A DNA stretch of 64,000 bases from Selaginella moellendorffii. Taxonomy: Eukaryota; Plantae; Lycopodiophyta. The stretch spans positions 687,955-751,954 of the forward strand of contig NW_003314275.1 in assembly GCF_000143415.4 (NCBI RefSeq), given 5' to 3'. Under the pieces are notes generated by a model. It saw only the letters and a list, made by a program, of their open reading frames with translations, made no database searches and was not told the DNA's origin. Shown here piece by piece: positions 24,957-38,699 of this stretch (positions are counted from its first letter, which is position 1; each line of letters begins with the position of its first letter). A program made the position numbers and the translations under genes.

Positions 24957-27900
24957 TGTTGCGAATGTGACTTCGGGTATTGAAAGTTACCTGTCGACCA
25001 GTCCTTACGGACACTCTTTCCTTACTGCCACGATGGCAGGAGGTCAGTATTGCGGGGCCCGTTATCAATATTTGCCTAAGCTAATTGAGAAATTGGTCTT
25101 TGCATGTGCACTTGACTAAATGAGCATAAGGAAGGAATTCCAAAGTGTCTATTTAGTCAAGCATACTTGACTTTGTTAGAGAAACTCATTCGTTGACTTG
25201 CACTTACTAGTGTTAGGAACCCCTGTGATATTGAGTTTGGCCCTTAATATCGCTAGATGATAGCTTACCGTGTCTGCCAAACACCCTCGCTATCATGCCC
25301 TTTGCGTTAGTCTCATTTCGGTCCCAAATGCTATTTATGGAAAGTGTCCAGATTTGCTCATTTGGCATATTTACGGAATGTAGAGATTGATTTGAACACA
25401 ATGGTGTTCATCCTGTGTCCAAATTCGCAATCTAGTGCCATTCCATATTTAGTAAGTTTTTAGCTTATCCCAGAGACTAACTCTTGATACTAAGGGAAGC
25501 TTGGGGTGAAAGCCCAAAGCATGTGTTCCTCAAGGGGGGGGGGGGGGGGATATGGGGGGTTCCAAATGTATAATAGGGATAGTGAGTAGGTCAAGCATGG
25601 CTGACTAACATGAGGCATAGTTTAGCTCCTGCTTGTGTGCCTATCCTTGTTTTGTGTCCAGCTTGGGTCTAAGCCCAAGTTCCATTCCATGTTAGCTGGT
25701 GGAGTACCCATGTCCTCGCGTTAGGCCACCGGTATGCTGAAATAACACCAGACTCCATTTGGCTCCATTTTGCATACTGGTCCTGGCATTGGCATGTTGG
25801 TTGCTCTAGGACTGTTCCAAGTCGCTCCAGGCTCCTATCCCTTTGCTCTTTGGGTTGTATGCTCAAGAGTTGCTTCGTGGACCAGTTCTATCACTCCTTG
25901 GCTCCATGCTTGGGAGTTTGGCACCGTTCCTTTGTTTAATGGCCCAAGGCCCTGAACCTCAGGTTCCACACCACTGTTCTATGGACACGTGGCATATGAC
26001 ACGTGGCACATGGAGGGTTTAGGTTCCACTTCGTGGTGTTATCCTATGATAAATCACCATAGAATAAATGGTCAAAACCATGTACGCTACATTTGGTATC
26101 AGATGATGAGTCTTAGCGAGTACTATTTAATAAGATTGGGCAACTAGCCTCGTTGCATATGCAAAGATGAAAACGATGATTCAAGTGGGTACACATTTGG
26201 GTGCAAAAGGCTTCACAATTGTTCCTTAGGTATGGATTTTGGCTACCTTTTTGTACCGCAATGTATGAGGTTGCTCTTGGGCTCATAAGATGGATTTGGG
26301 AAGTTTCGTTTGCATGAGTTTGTGCTTGGGCTCATGAGTAAGGCACATTAGCAACTCAAGGTTACACTTTGGGTTGGCAGGATTAATGTTAGCCTATTGA
26401 TGGTTCCATGGGTTATTCCAATGGTTCCGTGAGTTGTTCCATGTACCATGAGTTAAAGAAAACCTTCCCTGGGTTTGCTATGAGTGGCAAATAGGCTAGT
26501 CTGTAGCTGTTTAGCATGGCACTAGTGGATCCTTCCTAGGCATGGTTACAAGTGGATTAATCCAGGCTATAAGGATGAGTCTGTTGATTCAAGTAATTGC
26601 TGCCATGCTCTCTCATAAAATTTTATTAGATTAAACTGAAGGCAGTGCAAAAGCAAGCTTGAGGTTTAGTCAAAGATGAGACCGAAAAGAGAGTCACCAG
26701 GGACGAAGGATCAAACATGTAAATCATCTTCTCTTCTTGGAGAAATAATTTGTAATGAGGTGTGACTCATTACTCGTATTCACATTATGCAATCAAGAGT
26801 CCTTACCTTGATGCATATTGGAAATGATGGTCTTGTAAATGGTGAGTTGTGTAATGGATAGCGGTGAAACGTTATACCATTTTGTCTAAGCTTGCTATTG
26901 AAAGACTTGGGTTGTAATACTCAATTCTTTTCCGGGGAGCCTTGCTATTGCTCCTTGAATAGCTTGGTGATGGATTAAATTTTGAGTTTGGTCAGAAAGA
27001 GAGTGGCATGAGCTTGTCTGTGTTGTGAACAAAAGTTAGTAGTGTTAGGTGTTGTAAATCTCTATCAATGGGGTGTGGCATTTATGTTGCATTTTATCGA
27101 ATTGAGTTGACACTTGATACTCACATAAACTTTTGTAGTAGTGACATAGGCATTGCTCATAGTGTTGCTTGATTGATGATTAAGTCATTGTGATATTTAT
27201 ATCATATCCATGTGATAATGAGTAATGTGTTTACAAAGTTATTTGGTTAAACGATGATCAACCCCAAAGTGGTTGATGGTGAAGTTAGTTTACTTGCACA
27301 AAGTAGCATTGTAATAACTTTGACTAGATTCTCGATGGTGGTCCATTATGCTAAGCTTAAGTTAGTTCTTTATTTCCTTGAGGGTTTGCGTATAAGGTGT
27401 TGGAAAGGGTTATAGCATTCATTTACTATAGCTTGTTGGTTGATCCGTTAACATTTGGAGTAGATTGTTGGATGGAGAAAGTGTGTAGTTGAGGCATTGA
27501 CATCGCTAGCACTTGTGTTAGTGGAAGTGGCATTGTTATTTCAAATGATGAGGATTTTCCTTAGAGCTTGATTTTCTATATCATTTTTCTTGTTAGTGTT
27601 TGGGCTTCATATTGGATTTTGAAGGTGGTTGAAGAAGAGTGTTAGTGCAATGTGGATATCCGAAGATGTGGTTTTCGTGATCGAGCCTTGGATGTTCATT
27701 TTGCATTTTGCGAATATCAGTGTTGGATGTCAGAAGTATGGGCAAAAAGATGTTCAAGGCTTAAGCATACTATGGGTCATGAGAATTTTTGTTGAGGTGA
27801 ACTTATGTGAAGTTGTTAATAGGAGGAAGTTGGTTGAGTCTTGAAAGTTTGTATTCCTGAACTAAGAGTCATTCTTTTTCTAAGATGGAAAATTTTCCAC

Positions 27901-30900
27901 AAACTTTCTTAGACTTTTCCAATGGCTGATTTGTTGATCACTTTACTCAAAAACCATTCCATTTTCGTAAGCCAGTACAAATTAGTGAAGTTAGCTAACG
28001 GAAGTAGTTGACTTCCATTAGCTTAGACCTTAATAGATAGTTTGTATGATGCGGCCCAAAAGGGATGCTATCTTTTGGGGCTAAGGCAATTGAGTTGGAT
28101 AGGGTCTGGAGTTGGCCGTTGCACTTTTCTAGAAAGGTGACTCTTGTGCCTTTCTTCTGTAATGTTATGCTCGGTGGCAGGTTGCATCTTGCATTTTGTT
28201 AGATTCTATGAGAGTAGTGAGCTCTCACTGATCTTGACTTAGGCTTGGTGGCCTTGCACTTGGTTGAGGATGGTGATGTCTAACTTAGTTGTTTGTGGTT
28301 GAGATGTCAGTACCTGTACTATAGCTTTGTCTATGAGGAGGTTGTGTACTGAAATGAATTCATCTCATGGTCTTCATTTTAGTTTCGACTGAGTGTTGAT
28401 CATGCATAGCTAGCCTCTTCAAAGCATGCTCAGAGCTATTAATTAGATGTGTTGGTGAGTTTATTGCAGTTGAGTTGGATTCGAGTGGTCATTTAGTTTA
28501 TGCCTATCCATGAACCTTTATTTCATACTTGGGGTATTATGTTCATATTGGACAAGTATATGACTTGATGATATGAGTTTAGTGTTGGGTCTTGTGAAGG
28601 CAAGTTGATGAGTGATTGTTGGTTGCTTTGCAACTAGTGGTTTCTTTAGACTTCGTCAAGGACTATGACACTTACTCCACTCGATTATGATTTAACAGTG
28701 ATAGACTTACTTTACTGGATGGTGTTGCAGAGGATTGTGTTGTTAGACTTACATGGGTTTTCCATGTTGGCATATTGATTCTACCTCTGTCGATATCATT
28801 TGGTTACATTTAGTTCGTGGTGTTGGATTTCATTGAGTTTTGGATGTGGTAAATCACTCCTTGATGAAGTGTTATCTGTAACTGAGTATTGTTGACGGAT
28901 TAGTCTAGGTATTGAATAAAGTATCTTTGACTTTGGTTAGCTTAGTTGCTAGAGAGTTTTGAGTGGTGATTCACTCTTACTTTCTTTTAGCTTTGTTTTG
29001 GTGCTGATGGCATTAAAGTGATGCCTTGTCATTGATATTATTGATGTTGAGATTTAAGTGAGATGAGATGTTTCTTCTTAGGATTGACATTGAGTTTCAT
29101 TAGTCTTGATGAAGATAATGTTAATGATTTGGCTATGGCTTTGTGTTATTGGCATTTGTGCATTTGCTAGTTAGCAACTGTGTTGACGTTCAAACGAACT
29201 AAATGGTAAGTTTAAGTTAGTTGTGTTCTAGACAAGATTATTTAGTAAAGGGTTGAGCTTTGGCTTTTCCTTGAAAAGTGATTTAGAAGTGGATTATACT
29301 AACCTTACAAGTGAAAGAGTTAGTGATTGATATTGAAGTGATTGAATCTTTATTGGGTTTGAGTTAGAATATATCGATCATTAATGATTTTTCTTGTGTT
29401 TGTTATGAAGTGAGTTATAAATGGAGTGAGCTATAAATGGATTCATGGAGGATCATTTAGTGATCACTTATTGAGCATAGCTCTATTGTGCTTAACTTTT
29501 GGATTGATGCAGATATGCTCTTCATTAGCATTCGCATTATGAAGTTTAGCTTCTAGATGTGTTAAAGAGGATATTGTGGGTTGTACCATGATTTCTTTTT
29601 TCGCATTGAAGTTGGTTCATGCGAAACTTGTGATCATTGTTAGGCAAGACTTGGCTATAAACTTCTTCAAGCTTTTGGTTCTTTGAGTTTTATGCTCATT
29701 GTTCCATTGATTAGGAGTTGTCGGGGAAGGCATTTTTGGTTCTTTAGCTTCAATGTTAAAGTTGGTTTTTGCATTGGCACTCATTGTTGATGATTGACTA
29801 TCATCTAGGATAGTTGATTATCCTTGTCAAAAGGGTTTTGCTTGATTGTTGTTGATATAGAATGATTGGCTGTTTTTTTGATGGTAAATTCATTCTTAGA
29901 CGATGATTATGCATCTCTCTATTGATAAAATGATTGATGATCTTTTATGGTGGTTAGTTGTTATCTTTGATGGCTTATAGCTTTTCGTAATACCACATCA
30001 TCGGTTTATTAGTTAGTCTTGCAACATTTATTCTGTTCTGTTGATCATTGCTTGAGTTAGTTCTGATAGATTGGGATGTTATTTTCTTTGAGTGATACAT
30101 TCACGAGTATTGTGTTTGTCAGTCAATAATACTTTGTGTTCTTTGAGTTATTTTTAATTAGTTGTTTGGCATACTGTCTACCATCTTCAGTAGTTAAGTT
30201 TTATCATTGAGTTTTCTTGATGATATGCTAGCTATTGAATTTTGTTGGATGGTGAATCCTATGCTTTCCAATGATAGTGATCTTGGTGGTTCCTACACTA
30301 ATACTAGTTTATTGGATGATAACTTGGAATACTTTTGTGTTCTAATCTAAAGATTTAATCACTAGTACTTAAGTCTTTAAGATATCATTGTCTATGACTT
30401 TGATATTGTCCATCTCTTCATTTTTGAGTTTGGGTCAGTATAGGCAGACTGGCTTCGGCACTTTGTGTGCATGGTGAAATCTCTAGTCATGGGGTAGCTA
30501 CTATCGACTGGTCATATAACCTGCCTCTTTGTCGATATTCTTTATTCCGTTAAAAGAGCGTGACTGTGTAAACAACTCTAACTGCTTGTTTATAGTAGTC
30601 TATCTAAACCTTACCGACAGGTTTGGTCTCTTTGCTTAGGAGGGTTGGGGCCTCTAGCTTCTCTCTCTATATCCCTGCGGGCAGGGGCGTATCATACTTT
30701 TGTAAGCTGGGTGACACCTAAAGCAACAAGGGTGGCTAACTCCATTGGTTATTTCCTTGTCAGCGACGGCTGAAAGGTGTCTAAGCTGGTAGCGCATCCG
30801 CGTTAGACAAAGAGGTTACCCCTAACTCATTTAAGTTGGTGCATTTCTCACATAGTGTGAGTACCGTGAACTTTTTTTTGGAGTTGTTTCCTTGGTGGTA

Positions 30901-31590
30901 TTCTCTCGAGTATGCATCGACGAAGACATTGATCTTCCCTAGGGGGGAGAGTGTTGCGAATGTGACTTTGGGTATCGAAAGTTACCTGTCGGCCAGTCCT
31001 TATGGACACTCTTTCCTTACTGCCACGATGGCAGAAGGTTAGTATTGCGGGGCCCGTTATCAATCTCCACCTAAGTTAGTTGAGAAACTGATCTTCGCAT
31101 GTGCACTTGACTAAATAAGCATAAGGAAAGAATTCCAAAGTGTTTATTTAGTCAAGCATACTTGACCTGGTTAAAGAAACTCATTCGTTGACTTGCACTT
31201 GCTAGTGTTAGGAACCTCTGCGATATTGAGCTTGGTCCCTTAATATCGTTAGATGATAGCTTACCGTGTTTGCCAAACACCCTCGCTATCATGCCCTTTG
31301 CATTAGTTTCATTTCAGTCTTAAATGCTATTTATGGAAATTGTCCAGATTTGCTCATTTGGCATATCTACGGAATGTAGAGATTGACTTGAACACAATGG
31401 TGTTCGTCTCGTGTTCAAATTCACAATCTAGCACCATTCCATATTTAATAAGTTTTTAGCTTGTCCCAAAGACTAACTCTTGATACTAAGGGAGGCAGGG
31501 AGCCTTGGGGTGAAAGCCCAAAGCGTGTGTTCCTCAAAGGGGGGGGGGGGAGGGGTTGTGGGGGGTTCCAAATGTATAGTAGGGATAGTG
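24957..31590 (+). mobile_element. Non-autonomous LARD-like LTR element
   Basis: 5' LTR 24957-~26090 (tgttgcga...ctaca); PBS tggtatcaga ~26094; 4.9-kb internal region with no ORF over ~71 aa; PPT aggggggagag before 30952; 3' LTR 30952-31590 closely matches the first ~630 bp of the 5' LTR, then is truncated. Confidence 0.85.
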
Positions 31591-31979
31591 GGGACTTTGT
31601 TTCCCTCTTAGGTCGAGTTGTGACAAGAAGTGTTTCATTGCCACGTTATCCCTATAAATTTCAAAGTGCCTCCCAAGGTAGTGCCGCCACTTCTTGAGTG
31701 CCTTGACCACCGCAAATAATTCCTTCTCATGGGCAGGCCACTTTCGCTGAGCCTTGTCCAACTTCTTTGAGAAGAACGCCACTGGATGGTTGTCTTGCTT
31801 CAAAACTGCACCCAACACTAAGTCTAAAGTATCCATTTCTACCTCAAAGTCCTTACCAAAGTCGGGTAACACCAACACGGGGGTCTTCCTGAACTTCCCT
31901 TTGAGGTGGACAAATGCCGCCTCGCATTCCGTTATCCATACTATCTACCCTTTACCTGTTTGGTCCGTTAAGGGTAGAG

Positions 31980-32810
31980 TTACTCTCGAATAGTGTTTGA
32001 TAAACTTTTGTTATAGTTGCATAGCCCCAAGAATGCCCTCAACTCATGTACATTCGATGGTTGCTCCCATTCCTGGATCGTTTGGACCTTCTTAGGGTCC
32101 ACCTTGAGCCTGTCTTTGCCCACCACATGCCCGAGAAACTTTACCTCTTGTTGAGCAAAGTCCCATTTGCTATCTTTAACATATAGCTTGTGTTCCCTTA
32201 CTTTCTCAAACACCTTCGTCAAGTGTTCGGCATGTTCCTCTAGCATCTCGCTATAGATCAGGATATCATCAATATAAACAACCATGAAGTGATCCAGATA
32301 GGGTAAAAAGATGTGGTTTATCAACGCTGAAAACATTGCCGATGCATTGTACAGCCCAAAGGGCATCACAAAAAACTCGAAGTTTCCATACCTTATTTGA
32401 CAGGTTGTCTTCTCAACATTTTCCTCTAGTACCCTAATTTGGTAGTATCCTGACCTTAAGTCAATCCTTGAGAAGTATTTTGCCTTTCCCAACCTATCAA
32501 ATAGGTCCTCAATCCTTGGCAAAGGGTACTTGTTTTTCTTTGTATACTTGTTGAGTAACCGGTAGTCTATGCACATGCACATAAATTCATCTTTCTTTTC
32601 CATAAATAACACCAGTGCCCCATACGGCAACTTGCTCAACCTAACATACCCTTTGTCCACCAACTTTTCTAGTTGGCATTTGAGCTCCTTGAGTTCCTTT
32701 TCGTTCAAACAATAGGGGGGACGAACCACTGCCTTAGCACCCTCGACCAACTCAATCTTGTGTTCTATTGGTCGTGCGGGGGGCAACCCCGCCGGTAGCT
32801 CCTCTGGCAT
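31980..32810 (-). pseudogene. Reverse transcriptase segment of gypsy B
   Basis: LPPARPIEHKIEL, IDYRLLN, DLRSGYYQI, VMPFGL, VVYIDDILIYS; flanked by stops/frameshifts. Confidence 0.92.
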
Positions 32811-35800
32811 GGTATTCTAGAATTGTTTTAACATTCGCTAGATCACTAAAGGTACTTCTTCCATTCCCGTTTTTTTGTTACTCTTCATTGAGAGTAAGCA
32901 TAAAAATGCTGCATTGGTTCCTTTAGTGAGTTGTCCTCTCGTGGACACCAGGTTTAAGAAAAAGTCTTTAGCCTTACATTGCCTTACCTTTAGATCTTGG
33001 GCCTCCACCCTGGATCGTTCTCCCCAGGCATTCGTTAGTACCACAAGGTTCCTCCCTTGTCCATGTAGGGCTATTACGAACCGATTGAACCAATCCATCC
33101 CGAATATTACGTCAAATCCCACCATATCCAACACAGTGAAATCCATGTCTATTTTCCATGTCCCTATTTCGACTCTCGCTTGTTGAAGTATCTCATCGGT
33201 GCTTTGGCTACCTTAAACAAACTCTATCGTCCTTGGTTCACCCAGCCACTACACCATTAGTCTGGCTTGCCCTACTATGTCTCCAGCCACAAAATTATCC
33301 GAAGCACCCGTATCAATAAGGATCTTAACAAAGCTACCTCTGAGCTTCCCTCGGAGGGCTAGTACTACGTTGTTTCCCACATTACTAACAGACTTGACCT
33401 TTTTATCCATGGGTTTGTCTCTTTTTGCTTGACTCCTCCACGTACTTGCTTGCTGGCCATTGGATTTGCCTTTCCAGAACCCCAAGGACTCATTTTTAGA
33501 GAAACTCTTCTTGAATTTCCCTTTGCTATATGGCCCCTTTGCTAAATGTGGACCCCGACCCCATCACGTTCCCCTTTCGCAAGTTATCATTGAAATGCAC
33601 CTTAATAGTTGCATCAAACGCTTCCTTGTAGTTGGTTGGGTTCCAACGCATCACCTTGCCGCGAACCCAAGTTTGCAAGCCTGATACGAAGGCATGGAAT
33701 GCATCCATATCACCCATATCCGTGACAAGTATCCTTTTTGTCATAAACCCATTCACATACTCTTGAATGGTTCCGGTCTATTTTAGCCTACTCAGCTCAT
33801 CCCTTAGGTACAGAGTAGCATTTGGGGGAACATAAGTCATGCAGATCCTCACCTTCATCATTTCCCAAGTGGCCACCGGTCCTTCATTGGCCTCTGTCGT
33901 TCTTCACCAAGATTTGGCATTATTTGCCAATTATGGTTTTGCACATGGGACCTTCTCCAAGCTCGGTAACTGCAACTCTCGGAAGTAGTCCTCGATATCG
34001 TAAAACCAATCCTCCACCACCTTATAGTCATTCACTCTCTTGAAAACCGGTGAGGGCTTTCGTTTGTACTTGGGAACTACCTAAGGGATTGATTCCATTT
34101 TGGTTTGTTCGACCTTGTTTGGTTTTACCTAAATCCTTGCCGAAGGGTCCGCACCTTCTACGTTGCCAGCATCCGCAGTCTTTCACCTTTTCTTCTGCTT
34201 CTCGTCATGCTTTAGCTTGCATACACGAGTCTTCAGCAGGGCATTGGTCTGTACCAATTATTCTTTTAGAATGTCCAATCAAGCCTTGGATGATTGAACC
34301 TCACCACTAGACTCATGTTTGGAAGTTTCCTCACTGGAGTCCTCCTCATGCAAGGATTCCTCATCCATAGCCTCTTGTTCGACTGGAGGCTCTAGCTCTG
34401 GAGGAAGTTCTGTCTCTGCCTTAATTCATTTTTGCCCTGCCTTTGCCATCTCTTAGCAATCTGCCTCTATCCTCCACTAGAACTAAGAAAAAGGCTCCGA
34501 TACCAAATTGTAAGCCACAAATTTTTCCTTTCCAATTTGCCAACTTACCTCGTCTATTCGACCAACACTGCCTTGACTTTTAACTAAGTTCCCTCGCCAA
34601 GGTTCTTGCCTATTATACTAGCTCCTACTTGGTCCTATTTGCTTTCAGCTACTCACTACATAAGTAACGGAGCGTTAGCCATCCATCCACGGATTCCCAA
34701 ATCTCTTCAAATCCCCCTCCCCGGGTTAGACTGAATTTAAAGTTCAGCTACACTCCCTACAGGCACAAGCAACCAAACACACCAAGCCTCCAAGTTCCTA
34801 ACATCCCTTGGTACAACAAGACTTGATCATGGGACCCTTTAAATCCCAAGCCTTGGGTGCAACACTTGCTTCAAGACACCAGGGCGAAACACTATGGCCT
34901 AAGGGCCCGGTATGGGTACCTCTACCCCCCCACTTCCATCCCGAAGGGAAGGCTCAAGCCTCTAGGAAGGGTGAGGCCCAATGAGCCACAAGGTACTCAA
35001 GTGGGGCACCACTCCACATGAGCCGAGAGTACTGCAGTTAGTTTCCCTTCTGAGAGTGGGAGTTGCTTTTGACCACTTCCTTGGGTGGCCCCTCTGGCAC
35101 CACCCAAGTCCATGCTCACTCCCACCCAAGGCCCCTCAGTCCATGTCTCAACCTCAAGTCAGTTTGGAAGCACCATTTGAGAGTTCTTTCAAGACTGATT
35201 CTTAGATCTCACTATCCTTACTATACTTTTGGAACCCCCTACAGCCCTCCCCCCCCCCGGGAGACACACGCTTTGGGCTTTCACCCCTCGACCTGTATTA
35301 GTACTTGGACTCGATCTCGGACTCGATCTTAGACCCGACTTCAAACTCGGTCTTGGACTCGACCTTGGACTCGACCTCGGACCCGATCTCGGACTCGACC
35401 TCGGACTCGACCTTGGACTCGGTCTCAGACCCGGTCTCGGACTCAATCTCGGACCCAATCTCGGATCTTGGACTCTGTCTCGAACTCAGTCTCGAACTTG
35501 GTCTCAGAGTCGGCCTCGAACTCGATCCCGGACTCTATCTCAAACTCAGTCTTCGAGTCGGTCTTGGACTCGACCTCAGACTCGGTCCCATCCGATAAAC
35601 TCTTTATCATTTTGGTCGTGTTTTCGGGGATCCTTTAGCCTACGACACCTTGGGGAGTTGGTTCCTTACACCCTTTAGATAAGCCATGTATCGTAAGATG
35701 GGGAAAACGAACTAATACAAAGTCATCTACTTTATACTCTACAAATGGACAATGATGGGAGTTGTAACATCATTGTTGCCTCACTTGTACATGGCCTAAA

Positions 35801-37531
35801 TATTCGGGAAACTCTACTCGAACAAATGGAAGAATGCTCATCAAATATTAATCCCATGACCTAGCATCGGTAGCAAAGATAAACCCAACTTCGTTGGTAA
35901 TATTGGATCATGACTATATAAAAGTTTATATGGTGAAGCACCAACAAAACTCTACACCCCTATGACATATGCATTCTGAAGAGATGGCAAATAACCATCC
36001 CAATCTGAATACTGAAAGTTCACGTACTTCGCAATCATTCCTTTGAATGTCCGAACAAGCCTTTCCACCAAATTGTCTAACTGAGGATGATAAATACTCG
36101 TGAAAGTGTGGCGTATCCCCAACTAGGATGTCAAAACATGAAATGCCTCAACCATAAATATAGGACCATTATCCGAAAGAATCCACTCCATACAAGAATG
36201 CTGGAATATCACTCAATTAAGGAGGAAGTATCCAACAATAGTTAAAGAGGCATTAGCAAGAGCATCAACTTCCACCTAATGAGTCAAATAGTCAAAAGCA
36301 ATAATAACATATTCATTGCTAGCAGTCGATCATGAAAAAAGTCCCATAAAATCAAATGCTACCAACTCAAACAGACAGGAAATTATAATTGACTACAATC
36401 GTCCTTCCGTGGCACGAGGGGGAGTATTACAAGCTTGGCACCAAATGTAGTTACGCACATACCGAATGACATTATGTCGCATTTCTGGCCAATAAAAAGA
36501 CCTATGCAGCTTCTTGGTCACATCACGATGTCCCATATACCCACCTAGAACAAGAGAATCATGATAAGCATGAAGAAACCGTGGAATAAAGACAAAAGGC
36601 ACCACCAACCATAAAAGATCATCAGTATCCATCCCCACAAAATAAAGAAGGTCGTCTTCAAGGCGATATTGAGAATGTAAATGCTAAAATGGCAGGTCAT
36701 CAGCAAGTGATATAGGATTCTTAAACCCATCTCAAAGCCTTCAAATCCACGGCTCAATCTTTTAAGCCTCACGAACCTCATCAAGAGAAGGTAGATTTTG
36801 CTCTGCACCTTGTGAACACTGAACATCAAGTATAACAACTACCGATGACACAGAACCCTCATCTAGAAAATCCACAGATGCTAGAACAACAGGCTCGCTA
36901 GAAACATGACAAAAGAGTGGAGAAGAAAAAGGAGCTCGAGAAAGGGCATCAGCATCAGCCATAAAACTCTTTGAGCGATAAACAACATCAAAATCATATA
37001 TCTGAAGCTTCAAATCCCACCGAGCAGTACAACCAACTAGGTTCTTTCGCTTCAATAATGAAGTAATGGCAGCATGATCACCTTCAAGTAATATCCAAGA
37101 ATCATGTAGATATGCATGAAGTTTCTCAAAACCCCAAACTACTGCTAAACATTCCTCCTCTGCTGTGGAGTAGTTCACCTCTACTGGTTGTAATGTACGG
37201 CTTATATATGCAATAGGATGGTGCTGACCAGGCATACTCGGGCTTTTTTGCATGAACACACCTCCAAAACTAATATAAAAAACATCAATGCTCAAAATAA
37301 AAAGTCGAGTGTAGTCAAAATATGCCAAAACCGGAGGAGTCGTCAATAGCTCTTTGAGATCCACAAACAACATCACGAAAAACTCGTACAAACCAAACGG
37401 TGTATGAAAAGTAGTCTTAGGAATATCTTCTTCAGCCATTGGTACTTGCCAGTACCCAGAAGCAAGATCTAGATTGGTAAACAAACGACTTTGCCCTAGA
37501 CAATCCAAGAGATCAGTAGTATGAAGAAGAG

Positions 37532-37799
37532 CATCTCAAACTCCATCTCGAGTCCATCTCAGACTCCATCTTGGGTCCATCTCGGACTCCATCTTAGGTC
37601 CATTTCAGATCTATCTCAGACTCCATCTCGCTTCGTGTTTGTTCTTCAAGCACTTTATTGGGAGTTCCACTCCCACTCTCGACCTTTCAAGTCGGAGCTT
37701 TTAGTCCAAAGATATTACACTTGTTTAGCTTTTGCTTTGGCCACCACCATGTGGTGCCCTTTCGACTCCACTTTGGGGCTTATGGATTTGTGTCTCACA
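37532..37799 (-). mobile_element. First 268 bp of a family-1 solo LTR (remainder at 49059-50192)
   Basis: Reverse complement starts tgtgagacacaaatcc like 16144 and breaks within the hexamer array; flank 37800-37804 reads ATTTA on the minus strand. Confidence 0.9.
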
Positions 37800-37980
37800 T
37801 AAATATAGCTAAGGTCAAGGAGGCACCATGCCATCATCAGGAATGTGGTTCAAGAATCAGGAATTGTACAGGAAATCAGAGTCAGGAATAGAGAAGTGTC
37901 TCAAGAGTCAAAAATGTGGTCTGTGGGTCAGGAATTCAGTGAGAGTCAAGAATGTGGCAAGAATTGAGGGATTCCTGACA
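37800..37980 (-). mobile_element. Displaced first part of the 5' LTR of gypsy D
   Basis: Minus strand begins tgtcagga at 37980, pairing with the ...tcttgaca end at ~50373; shares the ATTTA TSD with the solo LTR; contains short gtca(g/a)gaat repeats. Confidence 0.65.
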
Positions 37981-38699
37981 TTCTCCAATATGAGCAAAGT
38001 TGTTGATGTGAGGCAAGATGCCCCAAATGATGAACCTTATTAGAATAGATGTATAAGATTTGAGAGCATTAGACCAAAGAGAGCCTCCTAACACTTTAAT
38101 AGAGATACAGTCCTAGATGAATGTGTATAGAAGGCTACTCCCAAAAATAGATAAATATCAACTTACCATGCTTAGATAAATGTTGATGAAGAGATGGTAA
38201 ATTTTTGTGAGCAAGTGAAACATAATTGCATATAACCACATACAAGAGATTAGCCATGATCCATAATGCTCTTTTTACCATTGCTATCACATATTCTTTC
38301 AATCTATAAATAAAATTATTTTCGTTAAAGTGATACTCCAAAGTAATAATAAAATCCATTTCCATCTCCATTAGGCACAACATCTACTGATTTGGTTCTT
38401 GAACACCTGACCAAGCTCCTCCACTACTGCTGCTACTGCCACTTCTGGAAGATCTTGCCTCTCAATCCAAAACCCTAACAACAGCTGTCAAATGGTCTTG
38501 CACCCCACGGCCCTGCTTGCGGCACATGAGGCTCCATGGAACTATCCATGGAACTCATCATCATTGCAGCTTAATTCCAAAATTGCCACCAGCAATTGTT
38601 GGGCATCCAGACAAGATGCCCACCAACAAGGAGGAGGCCAAGGCCAAGTTCGAGGCTTACGGACTCTAAGATTCTCAAACTGTCTTGTTCTACGTACCA

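Larger units (their letters stand above)
23872..35670 (-). mobile_element. Ty3/gypsy element B, nested in the integrase of C; integrase deleted
   Basis: 5' LTR 34509-35670; PBS tggtatcggagcc 34493-34505; decayed gag; protease ILIDTGASDNFV; RT 31980-32810 with YIDD; RNase H 31590-31880; 3' LTR 23872-~24956 truncated by the LARD insertion; 4-bp TSD CCCT. Confidence 0.88.
23436..37531 (-). mobile_element. Ty3/gypsy element C, 3' half (RT remnant, RNase H, integrase, 3' LTR), hosting element B
   Basis: RT LDLASGYWQV, RNase H and integrase at 35675-37531; GPY/F motif WKGPYQV at ~23780-23870; PPT gagaggagggga ~23613-23624; 3' LTR 23436-23610 matches 46086-46250 in reverse complement. Confidence 0.88.
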
